DNA from: Bacteroidota bacterium
GTDB taxonomy: Bacteria > Bacteroidota > Ignavibacteria > UBA10030 > SZUA-254
DNA length: 64,000 nt
Direction: 5' to 3'
Assembly: GCA_035524335.1 (NCBI GenBank)
Contig: DATKPE010000029.1
Coordinates: 64,918-128,917, forward strand
Part shown: positions 51,672 to 61,570 of the stretch, piece by piece
How the letters are laid out: the number at the start of each line of letters is the position of its first letter
How positions within the stretch are numbered: the stretch's first letter is position 1
The notes under the pieces: generated by a model
Told to the model about the DNA's origin: nothing
The model's input: only the letters and a program-made list of their open reading frames with translations
Databases searched by the model: none
Translations under genes and position numbers: made by a program

Positions 51672-54179
51672 TCACGCAGGATGCTGTAAGGAATCGAGAA
51701 TGAACCGCAGGTACATCGACATCGAGAGCGTGTAATCGAGATAGCTGTAGAGCGCCGTACCGGCGACCAGCACCAGAACGATGCTGACCACATAGACCTT
51801 CACCGGGATCACATCGTAGATGATGGAGATCCCCTTCAGCAGACGGATCACCGTCCAGACCGTCAGCACCGCGACGAGCGTCACCATCGGCGAGATGTAA
51901 AATTCCGTCTCCATCGAGAGACGGTAGAGCACCATCGCAACGGGGATGAGGAGAATGTACGGAAGCGCCGACCAGACGGTGATCGAAACCGCATGGTAGA
52001 AATAGACGTGCGTACGGACCATGAGCGACCCGAGCCGCACCAGAACGCTCACCGCGCCGAAGAGCACGAACGTGAGCGCCGAAATCACCAGGATGAAATT
52101 CAGCGGATGCCACACAAGCCGCACCAGCCATTCCTTCGCCGGATCCGCGAGGAGCTGGCTGAGGAGGTTGTCGAGCGTCAGATTGTCCCGGTAATGATAG
52201 AAGACGCTCGACAGGAGCGTTGCCCACGTCACCGACAGGATCAATCCGAGCGTCACCGTGTGGAGATACGTGATGATGCGCTGATCGCGCACGTCCGCGA
52301 AGAAATTGTATGTCCGGAAGAGCGACCTGTTCACGCAGTCGCGGAACCGCCGGTTCCCGTTGTAGAGGAAGAAAAACGAGATGAGCGCGATGATGCCCGC
52401 CACGACGTAAATGACCGGGGCGTTGGAGGCATAATTCCCCACCGGCAGAGCCTGGACCTTTTCCCCGTTGTACACCGCCCGGAGAACGTCGAACGCGGTC
52501 CGCTTCTCGCGATCGCCGCTCACCACTCCCATCGAGATCACATACGGATCGTGGGAATGCGTCGTGAGGCTCGGTCGGTCGGACGACCAGTCGTTGTACG
52601 ACCAGAAGACACCCCCGGCAATTTTCGCCTCGCTGATCGCTTCCTGGAACAGCATGGCCAACCGGGCCTGCGATTCCATCGAGAGTGGATCGCTGTATCC
52701 GCCACGGTTTCCCGGCTCGACCATCCGTCCGTACCGCACGACAATGAGCGGCTTGTCCGGGAAATGCGCCTTCCACTTCCGGAGCGACTCGCGGAACGCC
52801 TTCGCGTCGGTGGTCAGACAATCCCACCCGACCATGTCGGCCTCGGCGAAACAGGGATGTTCCGCCGACTGGGAGGCGAAGTAGACCGGCCGCTTGTCGA
52901 CGGACCGGACGGCATTCCGGACCGCGGAGATATTTTCGCACATCGCGGCGGAGGTGACCTCTATACCGTCCCCGATACCCCACGCAAGCACGCTCGGATG
53001 TTCCCGGTCGCGCGTCGCCATCTCCCGCGCATACGTCACCGCCAGGTCCTGGAAATAATCCTTCCCGAGGATTTCCTCCGGCACGTTCCGCATCGGGATT
53101 TCTTCCAGCGCGAGAAGACCGTACCGGTCGCACAGGTTCAACACATAGGGATGCGGCGGGGAGAGGAAGCGGATGACGTTCGCCCCGAGCGTCTTGATCT
53201 GCGTGATATCCTTTTCGATCGCCTCATAGGTCAGCGCGGAGCCGTACAGCGGATGATCTTCGAACCAGACGATTCCCCGGAGAGGTTCGAGACTGCCGTT
53301 GATGAAGAGGCGGCCGTTGTCCCACTCAAAACTGCGGATGCCGATGTCCTGGTCGAATTCGTCGTACACCGACGCCGGCGTTTTTCCGACGATTTTGACG
53401 ATGGTCGCCTTCACGACGTACAGATCGGGGGTCGAGGGCGACCAGAGCTTCGGTTCCGGTATGCTCACCTCGGCCGAAACGACGGTCGATTTATTCGGCT
53501 GATGCTGGAACGGAACGACCGCGCTCTTGACGACCGGACTGCTGTCGAGCTTTTCAATAAATTCGACCTGATACCCGTACGACTCCTGCGCGGGCGTGGG
53601 GCTCAGCCCGTGATCCATGATTTCACTGTGCACGGTCAGACGAACCGGTTTGTCCTCCTTCGGCGGATCGTAGGAGACTTCCACGTTCTCGATCGCCAGC
53701 CGCGGGGTCGCGAGGAGGTAGATGTCGCGGAATATGCCCCCGTAGGTTTTCCATCCGCCGACCTGTTGACGCAGAGGCAGGGTAGTTTTGGGAGAGAGCT
53801 CGTTGTCGACCATCACCCGGATATTGTTCTCGGAACCGGGCTGGAGGATGTTGGGCGGAATCGGCAGAACGAACGATGTGTATCCGCCCATGTGACGCCC
53901 GATGAAATTTCCGTTGATGCTGATCTCGCTCATGTAATTGATGCCGTACACGACGAGCGAAAAGCTGTAGGAGTCGAGCATCTCGGCGGAGACGGTGAAC
54001 GAACGGGTGAAGGTCAGCCGCCCCTCGCCGTCGTACGACGACGGAACGGTGACGTTCGTCCAGTCCTTGCCATTGATGGAGTAGCGCCACTGACCGGCGA
54101 GATCAATTTTCTGCCGCGTGGGACTGTCGGGGTACATCGCGGCATCAGGGCCGCTCCTGGTCGGCTGTCCATTCTCCAA
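51672..54179 (-). CDS. glycoside hydrolase family 2-like protein fused to a C-terminal polytopic membrane domain
   Basis: N-terminal GH2 sugar-binding and TIM-barrel similarity (residues about 1-560). C-terminal about 270 aa contain 7-8 hydrophobic helices. ORF-track start is a TTG; see the finding on upstream in-frame signal-peptide sequence. Confidence 0.6.
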   Translation of the reverse strand: MENGQPTRSGPDAAMYPDSPTRQKIDLAGQWRYSINGKDWTNVTVPSSYDGEGRLTFTRSFTVSAEMLDSYSFSLVVYGINYMSEISINGNFIGRHMGGYTSFVLPIPPNILQPGSENNIRVMVDNELSPKTTLPLRQQVGGWKTYGGIFRDIYLLATPRLAIENVEVSYDPPKEDKPVRLTVHSEIMDHGLSPTPAQESYGYQVEFIEKLDSSPVVKSAVVPFQHQPNKSTVVSAEVSIPEPKLWSPSTPDLYVVKATIVKIVGKTPASVYDEFDQDIGIRSFEWDNGRLFINGSLEPLRGIVWFEDHPLYGSALTYEAIEKDITQIKTLGANVIRFLSPPHPYVLNLCDRYGLLALEEIPMRNVPEEILGKDYFQDLAVTYAREMATRDREHPSVLAWGIGDGIEVTSAAMCENISAVRNAVRSVDKRPVYFASQSAEHPCFAEADMVGWDCLTTDAKAFRESLRKWKAHFPDKPLIVVRYGRMVEPGNRGGYSDPLSMESQARLAMLFQEAISEAKIAGGVFWSYNDWSSDRPSLTTHSHDPYVISMGVVSGDREKRTAFDVLRAVYNGEKVQALPVGNYASNAPVIYVVAGIIALISFFFLYNGNRRFRDCVNRSLFRTYNFFADVRDQRIITYLHTVTLGLILSVTWATLLSSVFYHYRDNLTLDNLLSQLLADPAKEWLVRLVWHPLNFILVISALTFVLFGAVSVLVRLGSLMVRTHVYFYHAVSITVWSALPYILLIPVAMVLYRLSMETEFYISPMVTLVAVLTVWTVIRLLKGISIIYDVIPVKVYVVSIVLVLVAGTALYSYLDYTLSMSMYLRFILDSLQHPA

Positions 54180-54368
54180 GAACCTGATATCTTTCTGGAA
54201 CAGCTGGCTTTTCCCCCGGGCGGCAATGGCGAGGAGGCCGAGTGCGAGAAGAACAATTCTTACCAGCGCGCGACTATGTAAAATCGTTTTAATATCGCGA
54301 GGTCAGAAAAAGTGAATAGAGAAAACCACCCGAAATTAGCGAAAATCCCGGTTTTCGGATTGAGTTGA

Positions 54369-54397
54369 AATATAATAAAAATAGGAGGGGAATGCAA
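54369..54397 (-). promoter_or_regulatory. sigma70-like promoter TTGCAT-N17-TATATT upstream of the GH2-membrane/smc unit
   Basis: Minus strand: TTGCAT (54397..54392), 17-nt spacer, TATATT (54374..54369), within a 315-bp AT-rich intergenic region. Confidence 0.35.
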
Positions 54398-54494
54398 TGA
54401 AAAATATGGGAATTTTGGGGATTTTTTGAGAATGGAGATCACACGGCCGGCCGAATCACCGCCCGGTCAACCGGTTACCATCCCTCCCCGGCGC

Positions 54495-55268
54495 CTATTT
54501 TTTCGATGCTTCGAGGGCCGCCGTGATGATCGCCGTAAAACCATCCGCCTTCAGGCTGGCCCCGCCGATAAGTCCGCCGTCTATATCGGGTTCCCGGAAG
54601 AGCGTGCCGGCATTCTGCGCATTCACACTCCCCCCGTAGAGGATGATCAACTGCTCCGCCGCCGCCCAGGAATAAAGCTGTCCGAGCAGTTTTCGGATGA
54701 GGCGGTGGACGTCGTTCGCCTGCTGGGGGGTGGCGTTCTTCCCCGTTCCGATCGCCCAGACCGGTTCGTAGGCGATGACCACCTTGCCGATATCATCGGC
54801 GCTGATTCCGGCCAGGACACCCTTGATCTGCGCAGTGATGACGCGGTCGGTGATGCCGCTCTCCCGTTCCTGAAGGGTTTCCCCGACGCAGACGATCGGC
54901 GTCAATCCCGCGGCGATCGCCTTCTGCACTTTCTTGTTGATGAGCGGATCGTTCTCGCCGTAAAACTGCCGCCGCTCCGAATGTCCGAGGATGACGTGTG
55001 TGCATCCGGCCGAGAGGAGCATCCGTGCGGAGGTTTCTCCGGTGAACGCCCCGTCGTCCTGCTGTGACATGTTCTGCGCCCCGAGCCCAATCCGGGTGTT
55101 CTCGAGGAGCGGTTTCGCGATAACGAGGGAGACAAACGGCGGACAGATGACGATGTCGGCGTCGGCGGGAAGATCTTTCACCGACGCGGCGAGCGACCGC
55201 ACGAGCTCCGCCGTCTCGTCGATGTTCTTGTTCATTTTCCAGTTGCCGGCTACGAGTTTCCTGCGCAT
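54495..55268 (-). CDS. tpiA: triosephosphate isomerase
   Basis: MRRKLVAGNWKMNK; active-site motifs of TIM. Confidence 0.9.
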   Translation of the reverse strand: MRRKLVAGNWKMNKNIDETAELVRSLAASVKDLPADADIVICPPFVSLVIAKPLLENTRIGLGAQNMSQQDDGAFTGETSARMLLSAGCTHVILGHSERRQFYGENDPLINKKVQKAIAAGLTPIVCVGETLQERESGITDRVITAQIKGVLAGISADDIGKVVIAYEPVWAIGTGKNATPQQANDVHRLIRKLLGQLYSWAAAEQLIILYGGSVNAQNAGTLFREPDIDGGLIGGASLKADGFTAIITAALEASKK

Positions 55269-55301
55269 AGGATTTCCGTAAGATGGTGGAGTGATCGGCG
55301 G

Positions 55302-56468
55302 TCAGGCGGCCTTGAGGGCGCTGGTGACCTTTTCCGCCGCTTCCTTCAGGGTGGAGGCGACTGCAAAATTCAAACCGGATTTTGCGAGGATTTCCCTCGC
55401 CTCTCCGGCGTTCGTTCCTTCCAGCCGGACGACGATCGGGACGGTCACGTTGACGCTCCGGGCGGCTTCCACAACGCCGTTCGCGACGCGGTCACAGCGG
55501 ACGATCCCGCCGAAGATGTTGATCAGGATCGCCTTCACATTCTTGTCGGAAAGGATGATCCGGAACCCGTTCGAGACGGTCGTGACGTTGGCGCCGCCGC
55601 CGACGTCGAGGAAGTTCGCCGGCTCTCCCCCCGCCAGCTTGATGATGTCCATCGTCGCCATCGCCAGACCGGCGCCGTTCACCATACAGCCGACGTTCCC
55701 GTCCAGCTTAATGTAGTTCAGATTCGATTTCGACGCCTCGATCTCGAGCGGATCCTCCTCCTCGAGGTCCCGCATGGCGACGATGTCGGCATGGCGGAAC
55801 AGGGCGTTATCGTCAAAATTCATCTTGGCGTCGAGCGCCAGGACCTCTCCGCCCGTGGTGAGAACCAGCGGATTGATTTCGGCGAGCGACGCGTCCGATT
55901 CCTCATAGGCCCGGTAGAGCGCGAGGAAAAATTTCACCCCGTTCTTGAATGCATCCCCGGTCAGTCCGAGACCGAATGCGATCTTCCTCGCCTGAAAATC
56001 CCGGAATCCGAGCGTCGGATTGATGTACTCCTTTAGAATCTTCTCGGGCGTCTCGGCGGCGACCTTCTCGATCTCAACGCCCCCTTCCGTCGAAGCCATC
56101 ACCACGTTCTGCGATCGGGCGCGGTCGAGCGTGATGCCCACGTAGAGTTCCTTTGCGATTTGGATTCCCTGTTCGATCAGGAGCCGCTTGACGATCTTTC
56201 CCTCCGGACCGGTCTGATGGGTCACCAGCCGCATGCCGAGAATCTGGGAAGCGTGCGTCCGCACTTCCTCGAGGCTTTTCGCGACCTTCACTCCTCCCCC
56301 CTTTCCCCGGCCGCCGGCGTGGATCTGCGCCTTGACGACCCAGACATTCCCTCCGAGCGCCTTCGCCGCATCGACGGCCTCATCGACCGAAAATGCGACC
56401 CGGCCCTGCGGTACAGCAACCCCGAACTTCCTGAGAATTTCCTTCCCCTGATATTCGTGAATCTTCAT
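55302..56468 (-). CDS. sucC: succinate--CoA ligase [ADP-forming] subunit beta
   Basis: [23 protein letters not shown]-grasp N-terminus and CoA-ligase C-domain. Confidence 0.9.
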   Translation of the reverse strand: MKIHEYQGKEILRKFGVAVPQGRVAFSVDEAVDAAKALGGNVWVVKAQIHAGGRGKGGGVKVAKSLEEVRTHASQILGMRLVTHQTGPEGKIVKRLLIEQGIQIAKELYVGITLDRARSQNVVMASTEGGVEIEKVAAETPEKILKEYINPTLGFRDFQARKIAFGLGLTGDAFKNGVKFFLALYRAYEESDASLAEINPLVLTTGGEVLALDAKMNFDDNALFRHADIVAMRDLEEEDPLEIEASKSNLNYIKLDGNVGCMVNGAGLAMATMDIIKLAGGEPANFLDVGGGANVTTVSNGFRIILSDKNVKAILINIFGGIVRCDRVANGVVEAARSVNVTVPIVVRLEGTNAGEAREILAKSGLNFAVASTLKEAAEKVTSALKAA

Positions 56469-56509
56469 GAACGCTCCGTCAATTCAATGTGAAAGGTGTT
56501 TCGCCGGAA

Positions 56510-58072
56510 TTATTTGAGCTTCGTCGCGATCGATTTCGCCTGCAGGAACAGCAGGAGGTAATCGTGTCCCCCGGCCTTCGAATCGGTCCCGCTCATGTTG
56601 AACCCGCCGAACGGATGAGCGCCGACCATCGCCCCCGTGCATTTGCGGTTGAGATAGAGGTTGCCGCAGAAGAACTCCTTCTTCGCGCGCTCCAGCTTCT
56701 TTTTATTCTTCGAGAAGATACCGCCCGTAAGCCCGAACTCGGTGTTGTTGGCGATCTCCAGGGCGTGATCGAAATTCCTCGCCTTGATCACCGCCAGCAC
56801 CGGTCCGAAAATTTCCTCCTGCGCTATCGTCCCCTTCGGATCGACGTCCGCGATCACCGTCGGCTGAATGAAAAATCCCTTCTCGGCCGGACGCGCCGGC
56901 CGGCCGCCCGTCACGAGCCGCCCGCCTTCACGCAGTGCGGTCCCGACGTACTCCAGGATCTTGTCCATCGACCGCTTGTTGATCACCGGTCCCATGTAAC
57001 TGCTCATCTCGTGCGCCGGACCGACCGACATCGTTTCGACCCGTTTCTTCAGCAGTTCGACGAATTTGTCGTAGACCTTCTCATCCACGATCGCCCGCGA
57101 ACAGGCGGAGCATTTCTGTCCCTGAAAGCCGAACGCCGCCACCGCAACCGCCGCCACCGCCTCGTCGAGGTTCGTCTCATGGTCGATGATCATGCTGTCT
57201 TTTCCGCCCATTTCGGCGATGACCCGCTTGAGCCAGATCTGGCCGGGCTGGACTTTCGCCGCTTCCTCGTTGATCCGGATGCCGACTTCCTTCGATCCGG
57301 TGAATGCGATGAACCGGGCCTTCGGATGGCGTACCAGCGTATCCCCCACTTCCGCGCCCGGTCCTGCCACAAAGTTCACCACACCGGGCGGCAGACCCGC
57401 CCTTTTCAGAATTTCGATGAACGTGTAGCCGATGAACGGGGAATCGCTCGACGGTTTGAGGATCACCGTATTGCCGGTCACCACCGCCGCGACGGTCATG
57501 CCGACGAGGATGGCGAGGGGAAAATTCCACGGCGGTACGACGATGCCGACGCCAAGGGGGATGTAGACCATTTCATCTTTTTCGCCCTTGAGCTGTGTCG
57601 GGAGCTTCACCGCGGCGTACCGGAGCATCTCGCGTCCGTAGAACTCGCAGAAGTCGATCGCTTCTGCCACATCGGCGTCGGCTTCGGGCCACGTCTTGCC
57701 CTCTTCCAGCATCTCGACCGCATTCAGGTGGAACCGTTCCTTCCGCATGATCGCGGCGGCTTTAAAGAGAACCTGAGCCCGCTTCGCCGCCGGCACGTTC
57801 TTCCACGTCCCGAAAGCCTTCCACGCGGCGTCCATCGCGCGGAGCGCATCGGCCGACGTCGCCTGCTGGAACGTTCCGACGACCACGTCGGGGTTCGAGG
57901 GATTGAGCGAATTCAGTTTCCGGTCGCTGTAAACTTTTTCGCCACCGATGATGTTCGGATATTCCTTGCCCAGCTCTGCCTGAAGCTTTTTGATTGCCGC
58001 TTCCTGCTTCGTCCGGTTGGCCGGTTTTGACCAGTCGGTGTAGGGCTCGTTTTTAAATTTTGATATCGCCAT
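56510..58072 (-). CDS. rocA: L-glutamate gamma-semialdehyde (1-pyrroline-5-carboxylate) dehydrogenase
   Basis: Aldehyde dehydrogenase with RocA/PruA-type N-terminus (NEPYTDW...) and a C-terminus near-identical in blocks to B. subtilis RocA (GNLYLNRKCTGAMVGAHPFGGFNMSGTDSKAGG). Confidence 0.85.
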   Translation of the reverse strand: MAISKFKNEPYTDWSKPANRTKQEAAIKKLQAELGKEYPNIIGGEKVYSDRKLNSLNPSNPDVVVGTFQQATSADALRAMDAAWKAFGTWKNVPAAKRAQVLFKAAAIMRKERFHLNAVEMLEEGKTWPEADADVAEAIDFCEFYGREMLRYAAVKLPTQLKGEKDEMVYIPLGVGIVVPPWNFPLAILVGMTVAAVVTGNTVILKPSSDSPFIGYTFIEILKRAGLPPGVVNFVAGPGAEVGDTLVRHPKARFIAFTGSKEVGIRINEEAAKVQPGQIWLKRVIAEMGGKDSMIIDHETNLDEAVAAVAVAAFGFQGQKCSACSRAIVDEKVYDKFVELLKKRVETMSVGPAHEMSSYMGPVINKRSMDKILEYVGTALREGGRLVTGGRPARPAEKGFFIQPTVIADVDPKGTIAQEEIFGPVLAVIKARNFDHALEIANNTEFGLTGGIFSKNKKKLERAKKEFFCGNLYLNRKCTGAMVGAHPFGGFNMSGTDSKAGGHDYLLLFLQAKSIATKLK

Positions 58073-58247
58073 GGGAGGACCTCAAATTCGATGTTATAGA
58101 TGGAGAATGGGGGAAATATTCCTTTAACGAGCACAAATTTCGCAAAAAAATGTGGAGAATCCAAATAAAGGACAATTAAAAAATGAAGGGGGAAAAGTAA
58201 TAAAATCTCATGTTCCAGTCACGATAGATACCATAAAATCCGTACCG

Positions 58248-58272
58248 CAGTCACGGTCCACACCGTGACTGC
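58248..58272. repeat. perfect 11-bp inverted repeat GCAGTCACGGT-ccc-ACCGTGACTGC (candidate operator or RNA hairpin)
   Basis: Directly read from sequence; additional partial copies CAGTCACG (58216-58223) and CGCAGTCG (58302-58309) nearby. Confidence 0.5.
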
Positions 58273-58654
58273 AGAACGTAAAATCTAGTAGTTTCCCGCG
58301 ACCGCAGTCGAACGGTTGACAATCGCTTCGTGAAGCTTTACACGTGCGGTATCAGGCCCGGGGGGGGTTCTGTTCTTCGGCATTGTGAGAAGTGAGCGAT
58401 AATCGAACGCCGATTAAAGGAGAGAATGATTTCACCCGGCGTCGTGGGTTCAGAATGACGAGGGGACTTTCGGCAGACTCTCGTGATCGGATCAGGTGGA
58501 ATAAAATCAGAAAATATGCACTGAGAGAATTATTCTTTCAGGATGATGTCAGCGGTTGAAAAATCCGGATATCAAGCAGGGATTCGGAAATTTGGTGATT
58601 TGAATTTATTCCGGATTTCGGATGTTACGCCCCATATCTTGCATTGCCACAACT

Positions 58655-61570
58655 TCACTTTTCAGAAATAACCGGCAACAGCGCCTTCATCACCGCATCA
58701 TGCACCGCCGGCCGAACTGATCGGATCTTTTCGTTCGCTCTTGTCGGATAGACCCGGTTGGTAAGAAAGATGACAAACAAATTCTTCGTTGGGTCGGCCC
58801 AGACGGAGGTTCCGGTGAAACCGGTGTGACCGAACGAGATTCCGCTGAAGAGAGATCCCGCACTGCTGTAACCGTTCATCGTTTTTGTGTCCCACCCGAG
58901 CGCGCGCGTATCGGCGCCCGCCTGCCGCGTCGTGAAAAGTTTCACCGTCTCCGGCCGGAGATACTCCCTGTGGCCGTACGTTCCCCCGTTCATCAGCATC
59001 TGGACCAGAATCGCCAGATCGGAAGCGGTCGAAAACAGGCCGGCATGACCGGAAACGCCGCCGAGAAGATAGGCATTCTCGTCGTGCACCGTTCCACGGA
59101 CGATCCCCTTCCGCACGATCGTGTCGAGCTCCGACGGCGCCACATTATCCCACATCGACATCGGCGGCCGGTACATCGTCCGCGTCATGCCGAGCGGGCC
59201 GAAAAAGACCGAATCGACATACCGGTCGAGCGAGACGCCTGTGATTTTTTCGATGATCTTACCGAGCAGGATGAAGTCGAAGTCGCTGTAGACGGTCGAA
59301 TCCCCTGTCGGGTAGATCATCTCCGTCTGGTAGACCGAATCGAGCGCCTGCCGGGCCGTTGTGCAGGTGAGATAGAGCCGTTTGAACGGCGGGAGGCCGC
59401 CGTTATGGAGAAGAAGATTCCTGATCGTGATGCGCTGTTTGCCGTGGTTGTCGCACTGCGGCAGGATATCGACCAGCCGGTCGTCCAGGCGCAGTTTCCC
59501 CTCGTCGTACAGCCTCATCACCGCCGAGGTCGTCGCGATCACTTTCGTCAGAGAGGCGAGATCGTATATCGTGGCGGCATTCACGGCGGGGCTTTTCGCG
59601 CCATACTCGAGCGTGCCGAACGCTTTGTTGAACACGATCGCCCCGTTTCTTCCCACAAGCACCTGTGCGCCGGGGAATGCCGAATCCCGTATCGCCTTCT
59701 GAATGATCGTATCGATTCGGGCAAGACTGTCGCGCCGGAATCCGGCCGCTTCGGGGCTGTCTTTCCGTAAGGCCGTCTGCCGGAGCTCGACGCCGTCGCC
59801 GTACGCCGCGATGCCGGGAATCGTCACCGGCAGTTTACCCCCCACGGGAATTTCGCCGCAGAGCGCCTCGACCGCCGCTTCCGTGGAAACTTCGGCGTCG
59901 GAGTAGGTGCAGAGGTACGCGTCGAACCGGGGAAACCCGGAGAGGATATACGGGCTCCCCATCGCGATGAAGCAGGTTTTTTTGTTGTGCAGGGTGAGCG
60001 AATCGATCATGCCGGCGAGCTGGGGCGGAAGGCCGAACTGGCCCGATCCGGAGCGGGCCTTCGAAAAGACGATACAGAGAATCAGGTCCGCCTTCCCCGC
60101 CGCCTGCCAGAGGTTCCGGCTGTCGATCTCGTTGCTCGAAGGGTCGAGGTGATACGTGGTGAAGTTCGTCATGCGCCGCCGGAGCTGGGCGGTGAAGTAA
60201 TCGCCGACCGGCTCGTTCGACCAGGGATTCGTCGGCCGGTTGATCTCCGTCCGGTAGTTCTCCGCATCGGCGACAACGACATTCAGAATCCTCCCCCTTG
60301 AAAACCGTGAGAGGGGAAGGATGCCGCCGTCCCTCACCACCGTGATCGACTTCCGGGCGATCTCCTTCGCCAGCGCAAGATGTTCGGGCGATTCAACCAC
60401 GTCGGATACAGAATCGGGGGAAAACGGTGTCCGCCGCGGAAGACCAAGACGCTCTTTCACTTCCAGTATTCTGCGGACCGACCAGTCGATCCGTTCCTCG
60501 GAAATCTTTCCGGTCCGCACCGCGTCGGCGAGCACCCCGATCACCGTCTCCTCGTCCGGCGGAAGGAGGAGCACATCGACGCCGGCCTGGATAGCTTTCA
60601 CCGCGGCGGAATCGGGATTGAATGAATTGACGAGTGCGCCCATGTCCATCGCATCGGACACGACGAGACCGGTGAAACCGAGATCGCGCCGGAGGAGGCC
60701 GGTCACCGCATTCTCCGAGAGCGTCGCGGGAATGGAGACATGCGGATCGAGTGCGGGAAGTTCGAGATGGGCGACCATGACGGCGGCAAGATCGCGCCGG
60801 ATCATTTCCCTGTAGGGCACGAGATCGATGCTGTCGAGCCGCCCGCGCGAATGGGTGACGACGGGAAGGCTGAGATGCGAATCGACGTCGGTATCGCCGT
60901 GTCCCGGAAAATGTTTGCCCGTTGCGAGAACGCCGCGCGACTGGACACCTGACGCATAAGCCGCGGCCATGGCGGCCACCAGCGCCGGCTGTTCGCCGTA
61001 CGAACGGGTGTTGATGACGGGATTCTGCGGATTGAGGTTCACGTCGGCCACGGGGGCGAAACACCACCGGATGCCGAGGACGCGCAGTTCGTCGGCCGTG
61101 GCGGCGCCCTCCTGATACGCAAGAGCGGTATCGCGCGTTGCCCCGAGCGCCATTGCCTCCGGGAAACGGGTCCCGCGCCGCAGGCGCATGGCGGATCCCC
61201 ACTCGAAATCACCTGCCGTCAGAAGCGGTACGGCGGCGAGCTTCTGCATCCGCTCGATCATCGCCGCGGTTTCGAGCACATCGCCCTGAAAATAGGCGAG
61301 TCCGCCGATGTGGAGGTCCTTTACGAGATGTTCGGTCTTCCGGTATTCATCGGACGCGTGTCCGTAAAAGTAGCCGTAGGTCCGCGACATGATCATCTGC
61401 CCGATTTTTTCCTCGAGCGTCATCGAGCGGAGGGTCTGTCCGGCCCAGCCGGAGGCCGGAGGCGCCGGGGAGAGCTGTTCACGAAGTACCGGTCGGGGCG
61501 AAGTGCATCCCGCCAGGATCAGCAGGAATGTGAGGAGGGGGAAATATGCGGACGGCTTAACGGAACGCAT
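58655..61570 (-). CDS. lipoprotein: glycoside hydrolase family 3 (NagZ-like beta-N-acetylhexosaminidase) fused to beta-lactamase/transpeptidase-fold serine hydrolase
   Basis: Lipobox LILAGC; GH3 motif KHFPGHGDTDVDSH; C-terminal SxxK motif ASLTKV of PF00144-type serine hydrolases. Confidence 0.7.
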   Translation of the reverse strand: MRSVKPSAYFPLLTFLLILAGCTSPRPVLREQLSPAPPASGWAGQTLRSMTLEEKIGQMIMSRTYGYFYGHASDEYRKTEHLVKDLHIGGLAYFQGDVLETAAMIERMQKLAAVPLLTAGDFEWGSAMRLRRGTRFPEAMALGATRDTALAYQEGAATADELRVLGIRWCFAPVADVNLNPQNPVINTRSYGEQPALVAAMAAAYASGVQSRGVLATGKHFPGHGDTDVDSHLSLPVVTHSRGRLDSIDLVPYREMIRRDLAAVMVAHLELPALDPHVSIPATLSENAVTGLLRRDLGFTGLVVSDAMDMGALVNSFNPDSAAVKAIQAGVDVLLLPPDEETVIGVLADAVRTGKISEERIDWSVRRILEVKERLGLPRRTPFSPDSVSDVVESPEHLALAKEIARKSITVVRDGGILPLSRFSRGRILNVVVADAENYRTEINRPTNPWSNEPVGDYFTAQLRRRMTNFTTYHLDPSSNEIDSRNLWQAAGKADLILCIVFSKARSGSGQFGLPPQLAGMIDSLTLHNKKTCFIAMGSPYILSGFPRFDAYLCTYSDAEVSTEAAVEALCGEIPVGGKLPVTIPGIAAYGDGVELRQTALRKDSPEAAGFRRDSLARIDTIIQKAIRDSAFPGAQVLVGRNGAIVFNKAFGTLEYGAKSPAVNAATIYDLASLTKVIATTSAVMRLYDEGKLRLDDRLVDILPQCDNHGKQRITIRNLLLHNGGLPPFKRLYLTCTTARQALDSVYQTEMIYPTGDSTVYSDFDFILLGKIIEKITGVSLDRYVDSVFFGPLGMTRTMYRPPMSMWDNVAPSELDTIVRKGIVRGTVHDENAYLLGGVSGHAGLFSTASDLAILVQMLMNGGTYGHREYLRPETVKLFTTRQAGADTRALGWDTKTMNGYSSAGSLFSGISFGHTGFTGTSVWADPTKNLFVIFLTNRVYPTRANEKIRSVRPAVHDAVMKALLPVISEK

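Noticed and set aside
54397-54429. 10-codon mini-ORF (MKNMGILGIF) with a perfect AGGAGG 8 nt upstream, plus strand
   Set aside because: It lies antisense within the predicted -35/-10 promoter spacer of the minus-strand GH2/smc unit. The AGGAGG is the complement of the CCTCCT spacer and is probably coincidental.
54426-55067. 213-aa plus-strand ORF opposite tpiA
   Set aside because: Antisense to a near-certain tpiA; Arg/Pro-rich translation.
57913-58164. 83-aa minus-strand ORF overlapping the rocA start region
   Set aside because: Overlaps the rocA N-terminus out of frame and extends into AT-rich spacer; no similarity.
58073-58654. tmRNA/tRNA/RNase P in the 580-bp low-GC spacer
   Set aside because: No GGTTCGANTCC T-loop plus ACCA 3' end and no tRNA cloverleaf could be found on either strand. 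A GGGGCGTAAC... segment on the minus strand superficially resembles a tmRNA 5' end but has no matching 3' acceptor partner.
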